64,000 nucleotides of DNA from a virus (taxonomy: Duplodnaviria > Caudoviricetes). The notes beneath the pieces are model-generated. The model made no database searches, had not been told where the DNA came from, and worked only from the letters and a program-made list of their open reading frames with translations. Below, one piece after another: positions 47,704 through 56,425 of the stretch; within the stretch, counting starts at the first letter, position 1, and the number at the start of each line of letters is the position of its first letter. The translations under genes were made by a program, and so were the position numbers. The DNA is taken from the IMG/VR virus record IMGVR_UViG_2508501066_000002, positions 1-64,000 of that record. One strand, 5' to 3'.

Positions 47704-48042
47704 ATGAGTGAAAACAAAAGCAAAACGGTTGTCAAACCGGGCTATAAGCGGATGACTTACGAACTGTCTGAAAAGGCGCTTGCAAAAGTGCGTGCATTGG
47801 GCAGCAAAATCGATCTTGCCAATTCAGACGTTGTGGATGCGGCGATTCTGTCGCTGAATACTCAGGATCAAGGTTTCTTGGCAGAGGTCAGTCGCATCAA
47901 AAACGAACGAGAGGTAGCCCGGCGCAATGCCGGAAGACTTCGCGCGGATCTTCTGGAAATCTCGCCGCAGCTCGCAAAGCTTTCGGGCGACGAACTGTTG
48001 CGATTGATCGAAATGGTCAAGGGACAAAGCGTTTCGCCTTGA
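47704..48042 (+). CDS. putative ribbon-helix-helix-like protein
   Basis: KRMTYELSEKA strand-helix-helix pattern; TATACT boxes and operator upstream. Confidence 0.5.
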   Translation: MSENKSKTVVKPGYKRMTYELSEKALAKVRALGSKIDLANSDVVDAAILSLNTQDQGFLAEVSRIKNEREVARRNAGRLRADLLEISPQLAKLSGDELLRLIEMVKGQSVSP

Positions 48043-48112
48043 TCTCGGGGACGTCGATATCGCGCTTGATGCCCCGTGTGTCAAGCGCGATACTTAGTCA
48101 GAAATAAATTAA

Positions 48113-48517
48113 TTGAAAGGGGAAATCGTGGATTTAGACAATTCTCATGACGACGCTATGTTGCGAGGAAAGATTGAGAACAAACGCATTGAGCATTACA
48201 AGAAATATCTAACAGAGAAGTACCGTCCGCCAAGTAAAGGTGGAAACACAAGCGCGCGCCACGCGCACGTTCTGATCATTGACGGCGAGAAATACAGTTT
48301 CCTTGCACTTGGAGCCCAGCAATGGGCTTATAAATCGGACACGGTCTCGTTTGAATACGAGATCACAAAGGAAGGATACAGAAACATCATTAAGGAAACC
48401 TTTGTTGCTCGGACAAAGGACGGCGTCGAAGTCGTTCGTGGAAATCGCGGATTTAAGTCACGGCTACGAACAGCAAAAACGCGCATGCCCGCAAGTCGCC
48501 GTGAGTGGCGCGATTAA
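48113..48517 (+). CDS. hypothetical basic protein
   Basis: 134-aa ORF. Confidence 0.55.
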   Translation: MKGEIVDLDNSHDDAMLRGKIENKRIEHYKKYLTEKYRPPSKGGNTSARHAHVLIIDGEKYSFLALGAQQWAYKSDTVSFEYEITKEGYRNIIKETFVARTKDGVEVVRGNRGFKSRLRTAKTRMPASRREWRD

Positions 48518-48633
48518 CTGCCAATAGCCGCAGGACGCGCCATTGAGGGAAAGCCGCCGTTCAATGCTGTGGTGGTTGAGCAGGACTGGCCGGAATTTGA
48601 ACCGACGTGGGAAGCCATCGAGGCGCGGATGAC

Positions 48634-48693
48634 GGCTAACGTCTGAATTAAGCCGCGCCACGAAGTGGCGTCGGCTTGAATGAAATATTAGCG
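48634..48693 (-). other. integron attC site (R'' AAC mutated to AAT)
   Basis: minus: CGCTAATATTTCATTCAAGCCGACGCCACTTCGTGGCGCGGCTTAATTCAGACGTTAGCC, closely resembling the aadA/aadB-type attC as I recall it. Confidence 0.85.
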
Positions 48694-48891
48694 GGAAAGC
48701 CCGCCGAAGACGATGATGACATTTGACCAATGGTGGGACAAGGAAACAGAAGCGGTCGGGAGAAAAGGCATGGGACGAAATGGTGTGTTTATCAGCTTGC
48801 GAAACGCGCATGGGTAGCGGCAGAGATGAATGAACGGGAAGCGTGCGCGAAAGTCTGCGAATCTTTCGGTGGAAGACGAAGGAGACATGAC

Positions 48892-49134
48892 GTGACGAAC
48901 GAACAGAACCAAAACGAAGACGCAGAAGGCCGGTCGAACTCTAAGGCGTTGTTATGCGCGGATATCCCGAAAGGCTGGATTCCGCTGATTGAAGCGGTGG
49001 ATTTCGTGAACAAGAACATAATGTCGAAGAACCCGCGATTTGTGCTCGACAACTGGGACCACAAGTACACGCATATTCGCGTGGACATGCGTACCGGATT
49101 GGCAATCATCCTGCCTGGAAACAAGAGCGCCTAA
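48892..49134 (+). CDS. hypothetical cassette-like protein
   Basis: AGGAG RBS + GTG; contains GTTATGCGC and stops in GCGCCTAAC. Confidence 0.55.
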   Translation: MTNEQNQNEDAEGRSNSKALLCADIPKGWIPLIEAVDFVNKNIMSKNPRFVLDNWDHKYTHIRVDMRTGLAIILPGNKSA

Positions 49135-49228
49135 CTTAGATTTAGACACCACTTTAGGCGCCTAATCCTGTAACAGCCGACAAATACACCCGCCACGAAG
49201 TGGCGTCGGCTTGAATGAATTGTTAGTT
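49129..49228 (-). other. composite/degenerate attC site
   Basis: GCCTAAC at 49129; 49191-49218 repeats 48656-48683; ends GTTAGTT. Confidence 0.75.
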
Positions 49229-49248
49229 GGCATATTGGAGAACAAACA

Positions 49249-49653
49249 ATGAGAACGATAATTGCAGGAAGCCGAAGCTGCGTTGACATGCGACACCTTC
49301 TTGCGGCAATTGAAGCTTGTGGTTGGATTCCAACACAGGTTGTAAGCGGAACGGCTGCTGGGGCCGACAGACTTGGCGAGCAGTGGGCCGAAGTCGCTGG
49401 CGTGCCGTGTGTGAGGTTTCCCGCGGACTGGAATACGCACGGAAAGCGCGCCGGGTTTCTGCGAAACGAACAGATGGCGGATAACGCCGATGCTCTAATT
49501 GCCCTGTGGGACGGCGAAAGTCGCGGCACGAAACACATGATCGACATAGCAAAGCGAAAAGGACTCGTTGTGTATGTCCACATGATAGCTAACGCTTCGC
49601 CTGAGGGGCGCGGCACTGTGAAGTCTGAACAGGGAAAGAAGCTTCGATATTGA
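49249..49653 (+). CDS. YspA/SLOG-family (DUF2493-like) protein
   Basis: IIAGSR, VSGTAAGADRLG, FPADW, AGFLRN.QM, WDGESRGTKHMI. Confidence 0.85.
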   Translation: MRTIIAGSRSCVDMRHLLAAIEACGWIPTQVVSGTAAGADRLGEQWAEVAGVPCVRFPADWNTHGKRAGFLRNEQMADNADALIALWDGESRGTKHMIDIAKRKGLVVYVHMIANASPEGRGTVKSEQGKKLRY

Positions 49654-49657
49654 GAAG

Positions 49658-49984
49658 TTAATCCAGACACTTCACCTTCATGATCCAGGTGATGGCATCA
49701 TCCCCAAACATATACGTGCCGGTCTTGAAAGGCTTCTGATCGATCACTTCGAACGACCGGCACGCCCCATCCAATTTCGTTGCGATCATTTCTCGTCGAT
49801 CTTCCTCTTTGTTGCCGTCCCAGCCGATATCGTGGGCGTTCTTGATCAGGAATTTGTAGTCGTAGCTCGAATCGTCGGGTGGATCGACTCTTAAAATCCC
49901 GTGCGCCTCGGACGCGGCAACGTACATCTTCGTTCCGGCGCATCCCGTCAGGAGTAACAAAGTTAAGGACAAGATCAGTTTCAT
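49658..49984 (-). CDS. lipoprotein
   Basis: MKLILSLTLLLLTGC lipobox, AAGGAG RBS. Confidence 0.75.
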   Translation of the reverse strand: MKLILSLTLLLLTGCAGTKMYVAASEAHGILRVDPPDDSSYDYKFLIKNAHDIGWDGNKEEDRREMIATKLDGACRSFEVIDQKPFKTGTYMFGDDAITWIMKVKCLD

Positions 49985-50075
49985 CGAAATCTCCTTAAGT
50001 TCGTTCCGGATATTATTGGGCATGGAACAAGGCATGTTAGTGGGTTGAACAAGTTTAGTCTAGACGTGGTTTAAT

Positions 50076-50354
50076 GTGCGTTTTAAAGGAGGATGCGTGA
50101 GGCGTATCGACGACGAAATCGTGATCTGGGCGATCGAGGACGCAGCGAAGGCCGCAGTCGAACGACTCGATCAGACGTTTGAGCCGAAGCTGTCGGGAGA
50201 ATTTAGAGCGCATCTTGAGCGGGTATTGGGGGATATGCTTAAGGGGCGTGATCCCTATTTCGTCAAGCGAAAAGAGGCAGTCGGGCTAAGAGTGTATGTA
50301 TTGGGGAAAGAGCGGTTGGTTTTGAATAAGAACGATTTCGATGTTCGGGGGTAG
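50076..50354 (+). CDS. hypothetical protein
   Basis: ORF with AGGAGG before an internal GTG. Confidence 0.5.
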   Translation: MRFKGGCVRRIDDEIVIWAIEDAAKAAVERLDQTFEPKLSGEFRAHLERVLGDMLKGRDPYFVKRKEAVGLRVYVLGKERLVLNKNDFDVRG

Positions 50355-50481
50355 GGTTATGGAGTATAAGGATTGCGGAGGTTTGAGGGGCGGCTATGGG
50401 TGTAAGGGCTCGGAACCTGGAGAGGGGTGATTTTGGAGGGACCATCCTCAGCTCGACGCGCTCTGTTCTAAGACATTCGTT

Positions 50482-50560
50482 TGCAAGTACCATGCCAAGC
50501 AAGTTGGCATGGTACTTGCTGAGCAAGCTTCATGCCAAACAAATCGGCATGAAGCTTGCT
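50482..50560. promoter_or_regulatory. four sigma54-like -24/-12 boxes in two inverted pairs
   Basis: TGGCAT-N5-TTGCW at 50482-97(-), 50505-20(+), 50522-37(-); CGGCAT variant 50545-60(+). Confidence 0.6.
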
Positions 50561-50567
50561 GGGCAAG

Positions 50568-51242
50568 TTATACTAACTTGCCCAAAATTTCCTTTCCTTC
50601 ATCTGTTAGTTCGAAGCTTGTGCCTCGAAAGCTTGTGACTAGATTCCCGTCCACATTATGACTTGCTCTAGCCAAGCCTAGCCATACAAACGCTCTAAGA
50701 GCGTTTCTAATGGCTGATAGACTTCCACTATTGCCAGTTATACTGGCAATAGTCTCACTTGTCAAAGACTGCGAAGCTCTTTTCATGCCGTTAAAGGCAT
50801 GAATTGCCGGCATTGGCAACTTGCCGTTGCCAATAACAGCATCGGCCACTTGCCGCATTCTAAGCAACGACTTTGCGTTGCTTGGATTGGCCAAGTATTC
50901 TTTCATTCTCGGAGTTACTGCATGTTGCAGTAGAAGCTCTTGAGCGCTTTTAGCGCTCACAAAAGCGCTCAAGACTTTTTCTCTTGTGGCGCCGGCGCTT
51001 GCTTTGCCGCCGGCTTGTTGATTGGCTTGCCTCCATGCTTTAATACGCTCGATCGAAGCTTGCAATGCAACAGGCAGGCTGTTTATGTTTATGTCGTCGA
51101 CTTGGTCTAACACCAAGTCGACGGCTTGCTCTTGCGCCGGCGTTGACGCGCCGGCGCTTATGCTTGCTTCTAGCGCGTCAATCAGACGCGCTAGTTCATC
51201 TTGATTGAGTTCTTGATTGAGTTCTTGCTTTTTATTAGCCAT
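50568..51242 (-). CDS. hypothetical protein with C-terminal winged helix; hairpin-tiled CDS
   Basis: GAGGTG RBS; ...LRAFVWLGLA...FELTDEGKEIL wing signature. Confidence 0.65.
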   Translation of the reverse strand: MANKKQELNQELNQDELARLIDALEASISAGASTPAQEQAVDLVLDQVDDININSLPVALQASIERIKAWRQANQQAGGKASAGATREKVLSAFVSAKSAQELLLQHAVTPRMKEYLANPSNAKSLLRMRQVADAVIGNGKLPMPAIHAFNGMKRASQSLTSETIASITGNSGSLSAIRNALRAFVWLGLARASHNVDGNLVTSFRGTSFELTDEGKEILGKLV

Positions 51243-51492
51243 TTTTCACCTCAGCTTGTACATTTTGTTGAATCCTAAACCCTAGCAAGCTTAACGCTTG
51301 CCGTTGCGATCCTTGCAACTTGCAAACAAGTTTACTCACTTGTGACTTACTTTGCAAGCATAAAAAACTAAGCAATGCGTATATTTTTTGTGAAAGAAAT
51401 TGTTTCTGAAAAGCAAACAATCATGGCACAATTATTATCGATACAAGAATCATTCCATAAACATACACTAATGAATACCACAAGAAATTGTT

Positions 51493-51567
51493 TGGTATCA
51501 CTTGTGCATGTACAAAAATTATGCCAAGCAATATGGCACAAGTATTGCTAAAGCAAGCTTCATGCCA
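51493..51567. promoter_or_regulatory. second cluster of sigma54-like boxes
   Basis: TGGCACAAGTATTGCT 51534-49(+), TGGCATGAAGCTTGCT 51552-67(-), two weaker copies 51493-51526. Confidence 0.6.
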
Positions 51568-51569
51568 TT

Positions 51570-51615
51570 GATAATGATAATCATTCTCACTTGTAAATGA
51601 GAATCACTTGCATTT
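51570..51615. promoter_or_regulatory. tandem Fur-box-like sites
   Basis: GATAATGATAATCATTCTC (18/19 to the E. coli consensus) then AAATGAGAATCACTTGCATTT. Confidence 0.7.
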
Positions 51616-51881
51616 GTAAATACTTGTCATTCTCACTCCCGCGCCCGCGTCCATGCCGAATCCACGCCGTTCGCCCGCCGTTCGCCCGCCCAAGGGCGCC
51701 CTTGGCTGTGGTCAGACCCAGCCGTTCGGTTATGGTTACCGAGGGCCGTTCGGTGGGTCCGAGCCGCGGGATTGGTCAAGTCCAGCCGTTCGGTTACGGT
51801 AAACTCAAGCCGTTTGGCTGCCCATGGGTGAACCTTGGGCCTGGTAGAGTGAGGAAAAAGGCGCATCCTTGCGCCGCTATC

Positions 51882-52187
51882 TCAGTACAGAATAACTCGG
51901 TGACTCTCGCAACAGCATTCGCAGCGTATCTCGACCCGACCCGACTCAGGGCCACCATAGCTCTCGTCGACCCACTGATGTCCTTTCCATGCGCACACGA
52001 GCATGGCGAATGACATCTGAATGAGATAGATCGCGATAAAACAGGCGTATTCGAGATCCGTCTGCTGCTTCTTCCCATCTTCCGGCGCAAAGGCGCTGTG
52101 ATTGTGATTGAAATCCTGGATCTCCGACCGGGTCATCATCGCAACGTCTCGAGCCCATTTCTTAAGTCTTTGTGCCCTGGTTTTCAT
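51882..52187 (-). CDS. hypothetical protein with C-terminal Zn-ribbon-like motif
   Basis: GAGGA RBS, upstream phage promoter; CAWKGH...CECC. Confidence 0.6.
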   Translation of the reverse strand: MKTRAQRLKKWARDVAMMTRSEIQDFNHNHSAFAPEDGKKQQTDLEYACFIAIYLIQMSFAMLVCAWKGHQWVDESYGGPESGRVEIRCECCCESHRVILY

Positions 52188-52548
52188 GTTTTATCCTCGT
52201 TGTGTTGTGCGTTCTTGTTTAGGGCGCATACAGTCTGACGAGGCATATCAGGGATGTGTCTGGAAATATTTCTGGCACCGAGCCGCCAAACCCTTGGCAC
52301 AGGAAGGCCCTTGGGAGCCTCATGGCGGCACGAAATCGGTAAACGGATGTCTATCTAGCCCCAAGGGCAAAAACGGCTCTCCTTGGGCCGGAGAATGGCT
52401 CGGTAAACCCATGGCTGTGGCTGGCTGTGGATTTACCGAGGGCCGTTCGGTCGGTCCAAGCCGTGGGTGTGGGAACCTTGGGCCGTTCGGTTCCCATGAT
52501 TGATTCTTGAGCATTTTTGAAGGGCGCATCCGTGCGCCCTTGATCGTC

Positions 52549-52878
52549 TTATGCCGCCACAAGACGGGTGACGGCAACGATCTGCCCGGACTCGTTGCGC
52601 ACCGCCGTCGGTCCGGTGTCCGGAGCATAGACACCGGCTCGGCCTGGCACTGCACTCAGTACCAATGACGATACAAGACAAGGTACGCCCTCCTCCGGTA
52701 GGCCGGTTACCTCGCCGAACCGGCGTCGAACGATCGGTGCCCCGGTGATGGGGCACGTGCCGACCACCTCATCGGTGGTCGATACCCGAGCCACCGTCCC
52801 GCTAGGCGGGATAGTGGTCTCGGTGCCATCCTGGCACCGAATAACAATTGGGTGGGGAGTCAGGTTGATAATCTTCAT
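52549..52878 (-). CDS. hypothetical phage protein
   Basis: MKIINLTPH...PSG.VARV...IVRR.FG...LP...VSSLV...APDTG..VRN..GQI. Confidence 0.7.
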   Translation of the reverse strand: MKIINLTPHPIVIRCQDGTETTIPPSGTVARVSTTDEVVGTCPITGAPIVRRRFGEVTGLPEEGVPCLVSSLVLSAVPGRAGVYAPDTGPTAVRNESGQIVAVTRLVAA

Positions 52879-53147
52879 TGTTTTTCTCCTTTCAGAAAAA
52901 ACCGCCCGGGAGTGCCGGGATTCCCCGGGATGTGGACGAATTCATTTGCGAACTCGTCCGGTAAGTAGAAGCTTTCATAGCCTGGTTTGTCCCGGCCCAG
53001 GCGCAACGACACGCCAAGCTCGGCGAGGCGGGTCTTAGCGGCGGGAGATACGCGGACGTATCCCCCTACCAAAGTGCGGCCGTCGCCGCGAAAATTCGTG
53101 ATCATAAAATACTCCAATTTAGAATGATAAAAGTCTAAATAAGGCAC
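52875..53147 (-). CDS. hypothetical protein
   Basis: coupled to the downstream gene; start uncertain. Confidence 0.45.
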   Translation of the reverse strand: MPYLDFYHSKLEYFMITNFRGDGRTLVGGYVRVSPAAKTRLAELGVSLRLGRDKPGYESFYLPDEFANEFVHIPGNPGTPGRFFLKGEKQ

Positions 53148-53177
53148 ATCCTTGTGCCGTGTTCCGTCAGCCGCTTT

Positions 53178-53468
53178 TTACACGCGGCGGTCAGCATGCC
53201 GGACCCAATCCGGTATGAGTTGGGGCAGACCCGTCCTTGCGGCGGCAAGCAGGCTCGCCCGGGCGTACATAGCTCCGTTCGAGCTCTTTCCGCGCAGATG
53301 CGGCAGCGTCGCTTTCACGGCGCGAAGGACCGCTTTCTTGCGGCCCTCTTCCAAGATGGCAAGAGCTTCAAAGATATCGTCCTTGATATCGCACGCCCGA
53401 GCATACGCTCGGCGCGCGCTGTACAGGTCGTCACGAAGTTGACGGGCTATCAAAATAAGGTCTTTCAT
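53178..53468 (-). CDS. hypothetical protein
   Basis: GAGGA RBS, upstream phage promoter. Confidence 0.55.
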   Translation of the reverse strand: MKDLILIARQLRDDLYSARRAYARACDIKDDIFEALAILEEGRKKAVLRAVKATLPHLRGKSSNGAMYARASLLAAARTGLPQLIPDWVRHADRRV

Positions 53469-53590
53469 TTTTCTTCCTCTCTTGTTGTGCGTTGCGAGTA
53501 TATTGTCGTTTGTAGAATGTGGAAGAACATCGGGAATCTGTCAAAACCCGCAAGCTTGCCGTGGTCGGCGGGAATAAAGAAAAGGGCGCT

Positions 53591-53800
53591 TCATGCGCCC
53601 TTAAGATGAACCTCCTTGTAGATATATTTTCCCTCGTTAGCCAATTTCAGGCTCTCGGCCCACTCGATGCCATCTGGCTTTTGGAGTCGCCGATCGCTCC
53701 AAATCCAGATTTCTTCAACCATGTTCGCCCGAACACGGATGTCGGCATTCGGGTTTAAAGATATAATGGTGAAGAGGGCCTTTCCGTCAATTTCGAACAT
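53591..53800 (-). CDS. hypothetical protein
   Basis: AGGAG RBS before ATG at 53800. Confidence 0.5.
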   Translation of the reverse strand: MFEIDGKALFTIISLNPNADIRVRANMVEEIWIWSDRRLQKPDGIEWAESLKLANEGKYIYKEVHLKGA

Positions 53801-53819
53801 TTTTTCTCCTGTGTTGAAA

Positions 53820-54011
53820 TTAGTGTTCGGGTACGTAGTCGTCCGGAACGATCCGAACGCCCACCGGTGCGCAGCAAGCACCGCCCCCATATAACCCATA
53901 CCCGGACGTACATTCAATCCAGGCCGGGAACTTATCCGCTTCCTGCGGAGAGATGGGAACGACATAAGCGGGCGTGTCGCAGTAGGGACACGCGTCGATT
54001 AGAGCCTTCAT
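53820..54011 (-). CDS. Lar-like (restriction alleviation) Zn-finger protein
   Basis: CPYC...AWIEC...CC pattern. Confidence 0.5.
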   Translation of the reverse strand: MKALIDACPYCDTPAYVVPISPQEADKFPAWIECTSGYGLYGGGACCAPVGVRIVPDDYVPEH

Positions 54012-54621
54012 TTCTTTATCTCGCTTCGTTTTGTTCTCAATCAGAACGATGAAAAGTCTAATGAAATGTTTCAGGAGAATATGCGGGAATTTTGAAAACC
54101 CGTGGGCCGCCCATGGTTTCTCTTCTTTGGCTCTTTAACTCACGACTTATTGACTTTTCCGAGGATTTCTGATAAGCTTCGCCTGCCTCGCACGCAATGC
54201 GCGAGACGAGGCAGGCGAAACCCCCTCGGGACGCAAAAATCTCGTCTCTGTATCTCTCCATCTCTTCACCTCTCCGTCGACCCTTGGCTGTGGTCAAACC
54301 CAGCCGCTTGGTGATCTACCTCCAACCATTCGCCACTGTGTTAACCCATGGTCAAACCCAGCCGCTCGGGTCTATTTGCCCGAGCAAAACGCAAAATCGT
54401 CGAAATAGCACTTTGGGAATGCGTCTAGAAGCGATTCTAAGGCTCGTAGACGCGCGTTTTTAATCGAAGCTATGTTAGGGTAGCGGGGTCTTTAAAAACG
54501 TGTCGTTTTGAGGCTCTGAGACGCATTGGAAAGCATGTTTTCAAAACGGGCCGCCCGTGGACTTCAAGTTTCCAAAAAATGGGCATCAAAGATGCCCAAA
54601 GTTGGAGGTAACAACAAGGTT

Positions 54622-54861
54622 TTAAATCGCTCTCACTTCCGCGAGAGCGTTTCGATACATTCTTGGAGACAAAGAAATCCAGTTTTCAGAAGTGTTGATC
54701 AATCTTGGTAACCGATCCGCGAGTTCTTGAGCCTCTTCTTTCGAGACTCCGAAGAACTCTTTCACTCTTCCGGTCTGTGGATTGAAAAGAATTTCGACGT
54801 AGATGTTCCGAACGTCGGAAGAAACTTCTCTGTAACGATGGGTTGCTAAAACCTGCATCAT
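54622..54861 (-). CDS. hypothetical protein
   Basis: GAGGTG RBS, upstream phage promoter. Confidence 0.55.
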   Translation of the reverse strand: MMQVLATHRYREVSSDVRNIYVEILFNPQTGRVKEFFGVSKEEAQELADRLPRLINTSENWISLSPRMYRNALAEVRAI

Positions 54862-55429
54862 GTTTCACCTCTTGTTTCATGACTCATTCAAGATGAGTAC
54901 AGTCTGACGAGGCAAAGAAGGGATGTGTTAGGGAATTCAGCGGTGACTTGATTTAAGACGATTTAAGACGGGTTTTGAGCTGACCCGCTACCCTTGGGTC
55001 AGTTTGCTACAAACATGGCTTAAAATCGATTCTAGACGGCTTCCTGACGCTTTTTCTCGGGCTGTTTGACACGGTTTCGAACAAATTAACTTAAAACTCA
55101 CCGGAAGCTTCAAAAACACCCGGAACGCGAAGTGCCGCCCGGCGAGCGAAGCGAGCGTTGGGAGGCACGCAGCGTTCCGGCCGCGCCGAAGGCGCGCTTG
55201 TTCTCTTGATTCCGAGGTTCGGATTGTTTACTGTCGGGAAGATTGAGTTGCCTGTCTGGCGGTAGGCTTAATTGTATTACTACGTAATACAATTAAACCG
55301 AACATCAAAGATTTAAGTCAGTGGCGATTTTACTCTGAACTCGCGGAAGTTTTAAACCTTCCGGCGCGCGCGGAGGCCAAGCCTTGAAGGCGAGCGAAGC
55401 GAGCTCAAGGCTTGGCCGTAGCGTCGCGC

Positions 55430-55467
55430 GTGGTTTCCCCTAGGTATATATACCTAGGGGAAACCAC
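55430..55467. repeat. perfect 38-bp palindrome
   Basis: GTGGTTTCCCCTAGGTATA|TATACCTAGGGGAAACCAC. Confidence 0.95.
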
Positions 55468-55810
55468 TTGCTAATTTCATAACTATAAGTATAAGTATAA
55501 GTATAAATATAAATATATAAATATAAATAAATATATATCGCGTGCGCGCGCGCGCGCGTGCCAGAAATTTCAAGGTTTGTCAAGTCATCCGTGACTGATT
55601 ACCAGCTCGGCCCTTGGTTGCCTTACCATGGATGTTAACCATGGATGTTTTTGGTAAACCTCACCATGGACCCGGCTATGGCAACCTTTAATCGTTCTGG
55701 TGGACATTTCCATGGACCCAGCCATGGCAACCTCTAGCCGTTCGCCCGAACACACCCCACGGATCGGTTCATGGATGACCCCAGCCGTTCGGTTCCCGCC
55801 CCAAGGCTTA

Positions 55811-55884
55811 GCCCGTGGAAATCTCTATAGCCGAACCCAGCCGTTCGCCCATGGAAATCTCTATAGCCGAACCCAGCCGTTCGC
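55811..55884 (+). repeat. 36-bp tandem duplication
   Basis: TGGAAATCTCTATAGCCGAACCCAGCCGTTCGC at 55816 and 55852. Confidence 0.9.
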
Positions 55885-56122
55885 AGCCCGGCCCGATCAG
55901 TCATCAAAAACTGACTCAAAAACATCGTCGGTAATCGTTTTTTATCAAGCTTTAAGACGAGTAGCGCGCACAAACTGATCGAAGTAGTATGTGAGTAGCG
56001 CTTTGATAGAAACGTGTCTCAAATCAAGCGAGAATGCGATTCAGAAACGCAAAGCATTCCCAAACACATTCCGTCATCGATGACTTATACTTGACCCATC
56101 TTTAACGCTGAAGGAGAACATC

Positions 56123-56425
56123 ATGACTGAGAACGCGGAAAAACTGTCGCCTCTGGAAAAGGGAAGAAAACGTTGGGAAGAACTTCGCGCCAAAGGAGAG
56201 GTTAAAAGACTTGATCCTATCGAGAAGGCAAGGCTTGATCCCAAATCACTCAGGAAAGCCATCAATGGTAAATGCTGGGATTGCATCGGTGCCGGCGCAG
56301 ACCCCAACCCAAGGGGTGCCATTGCAAACTGCCACATCACCCTATGTACCTTATGGCCGGTCAGACCCTATCAACACATAGCGGGGAAAGCAGAAACGGA
56401 TGAAACGGACGAGACCGACAATTAA
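56123..56425 (+). CDS. hypothetical Cys-containing protein
   Basis: AAGGAG RBS; KAINGKCWDC...C...CTLWPVRPY. Confidence 0.7.
   Translation: MTENAEKLSPLEKGRKRWEELRAKGEVKRLDPIEKARLDPKSLRKAINGKCWDCIGAGADPNPRGAIANCHITLCTLWPVRPYQHIAGKAETDETDETDN

Noticed and set aside
51660-55890. CRISPR or mini-array in the repeat patches
   Set aside because: Repeats are short, degenerate and irregularly spaced, with no constant repeat-spacer period and no cas genes
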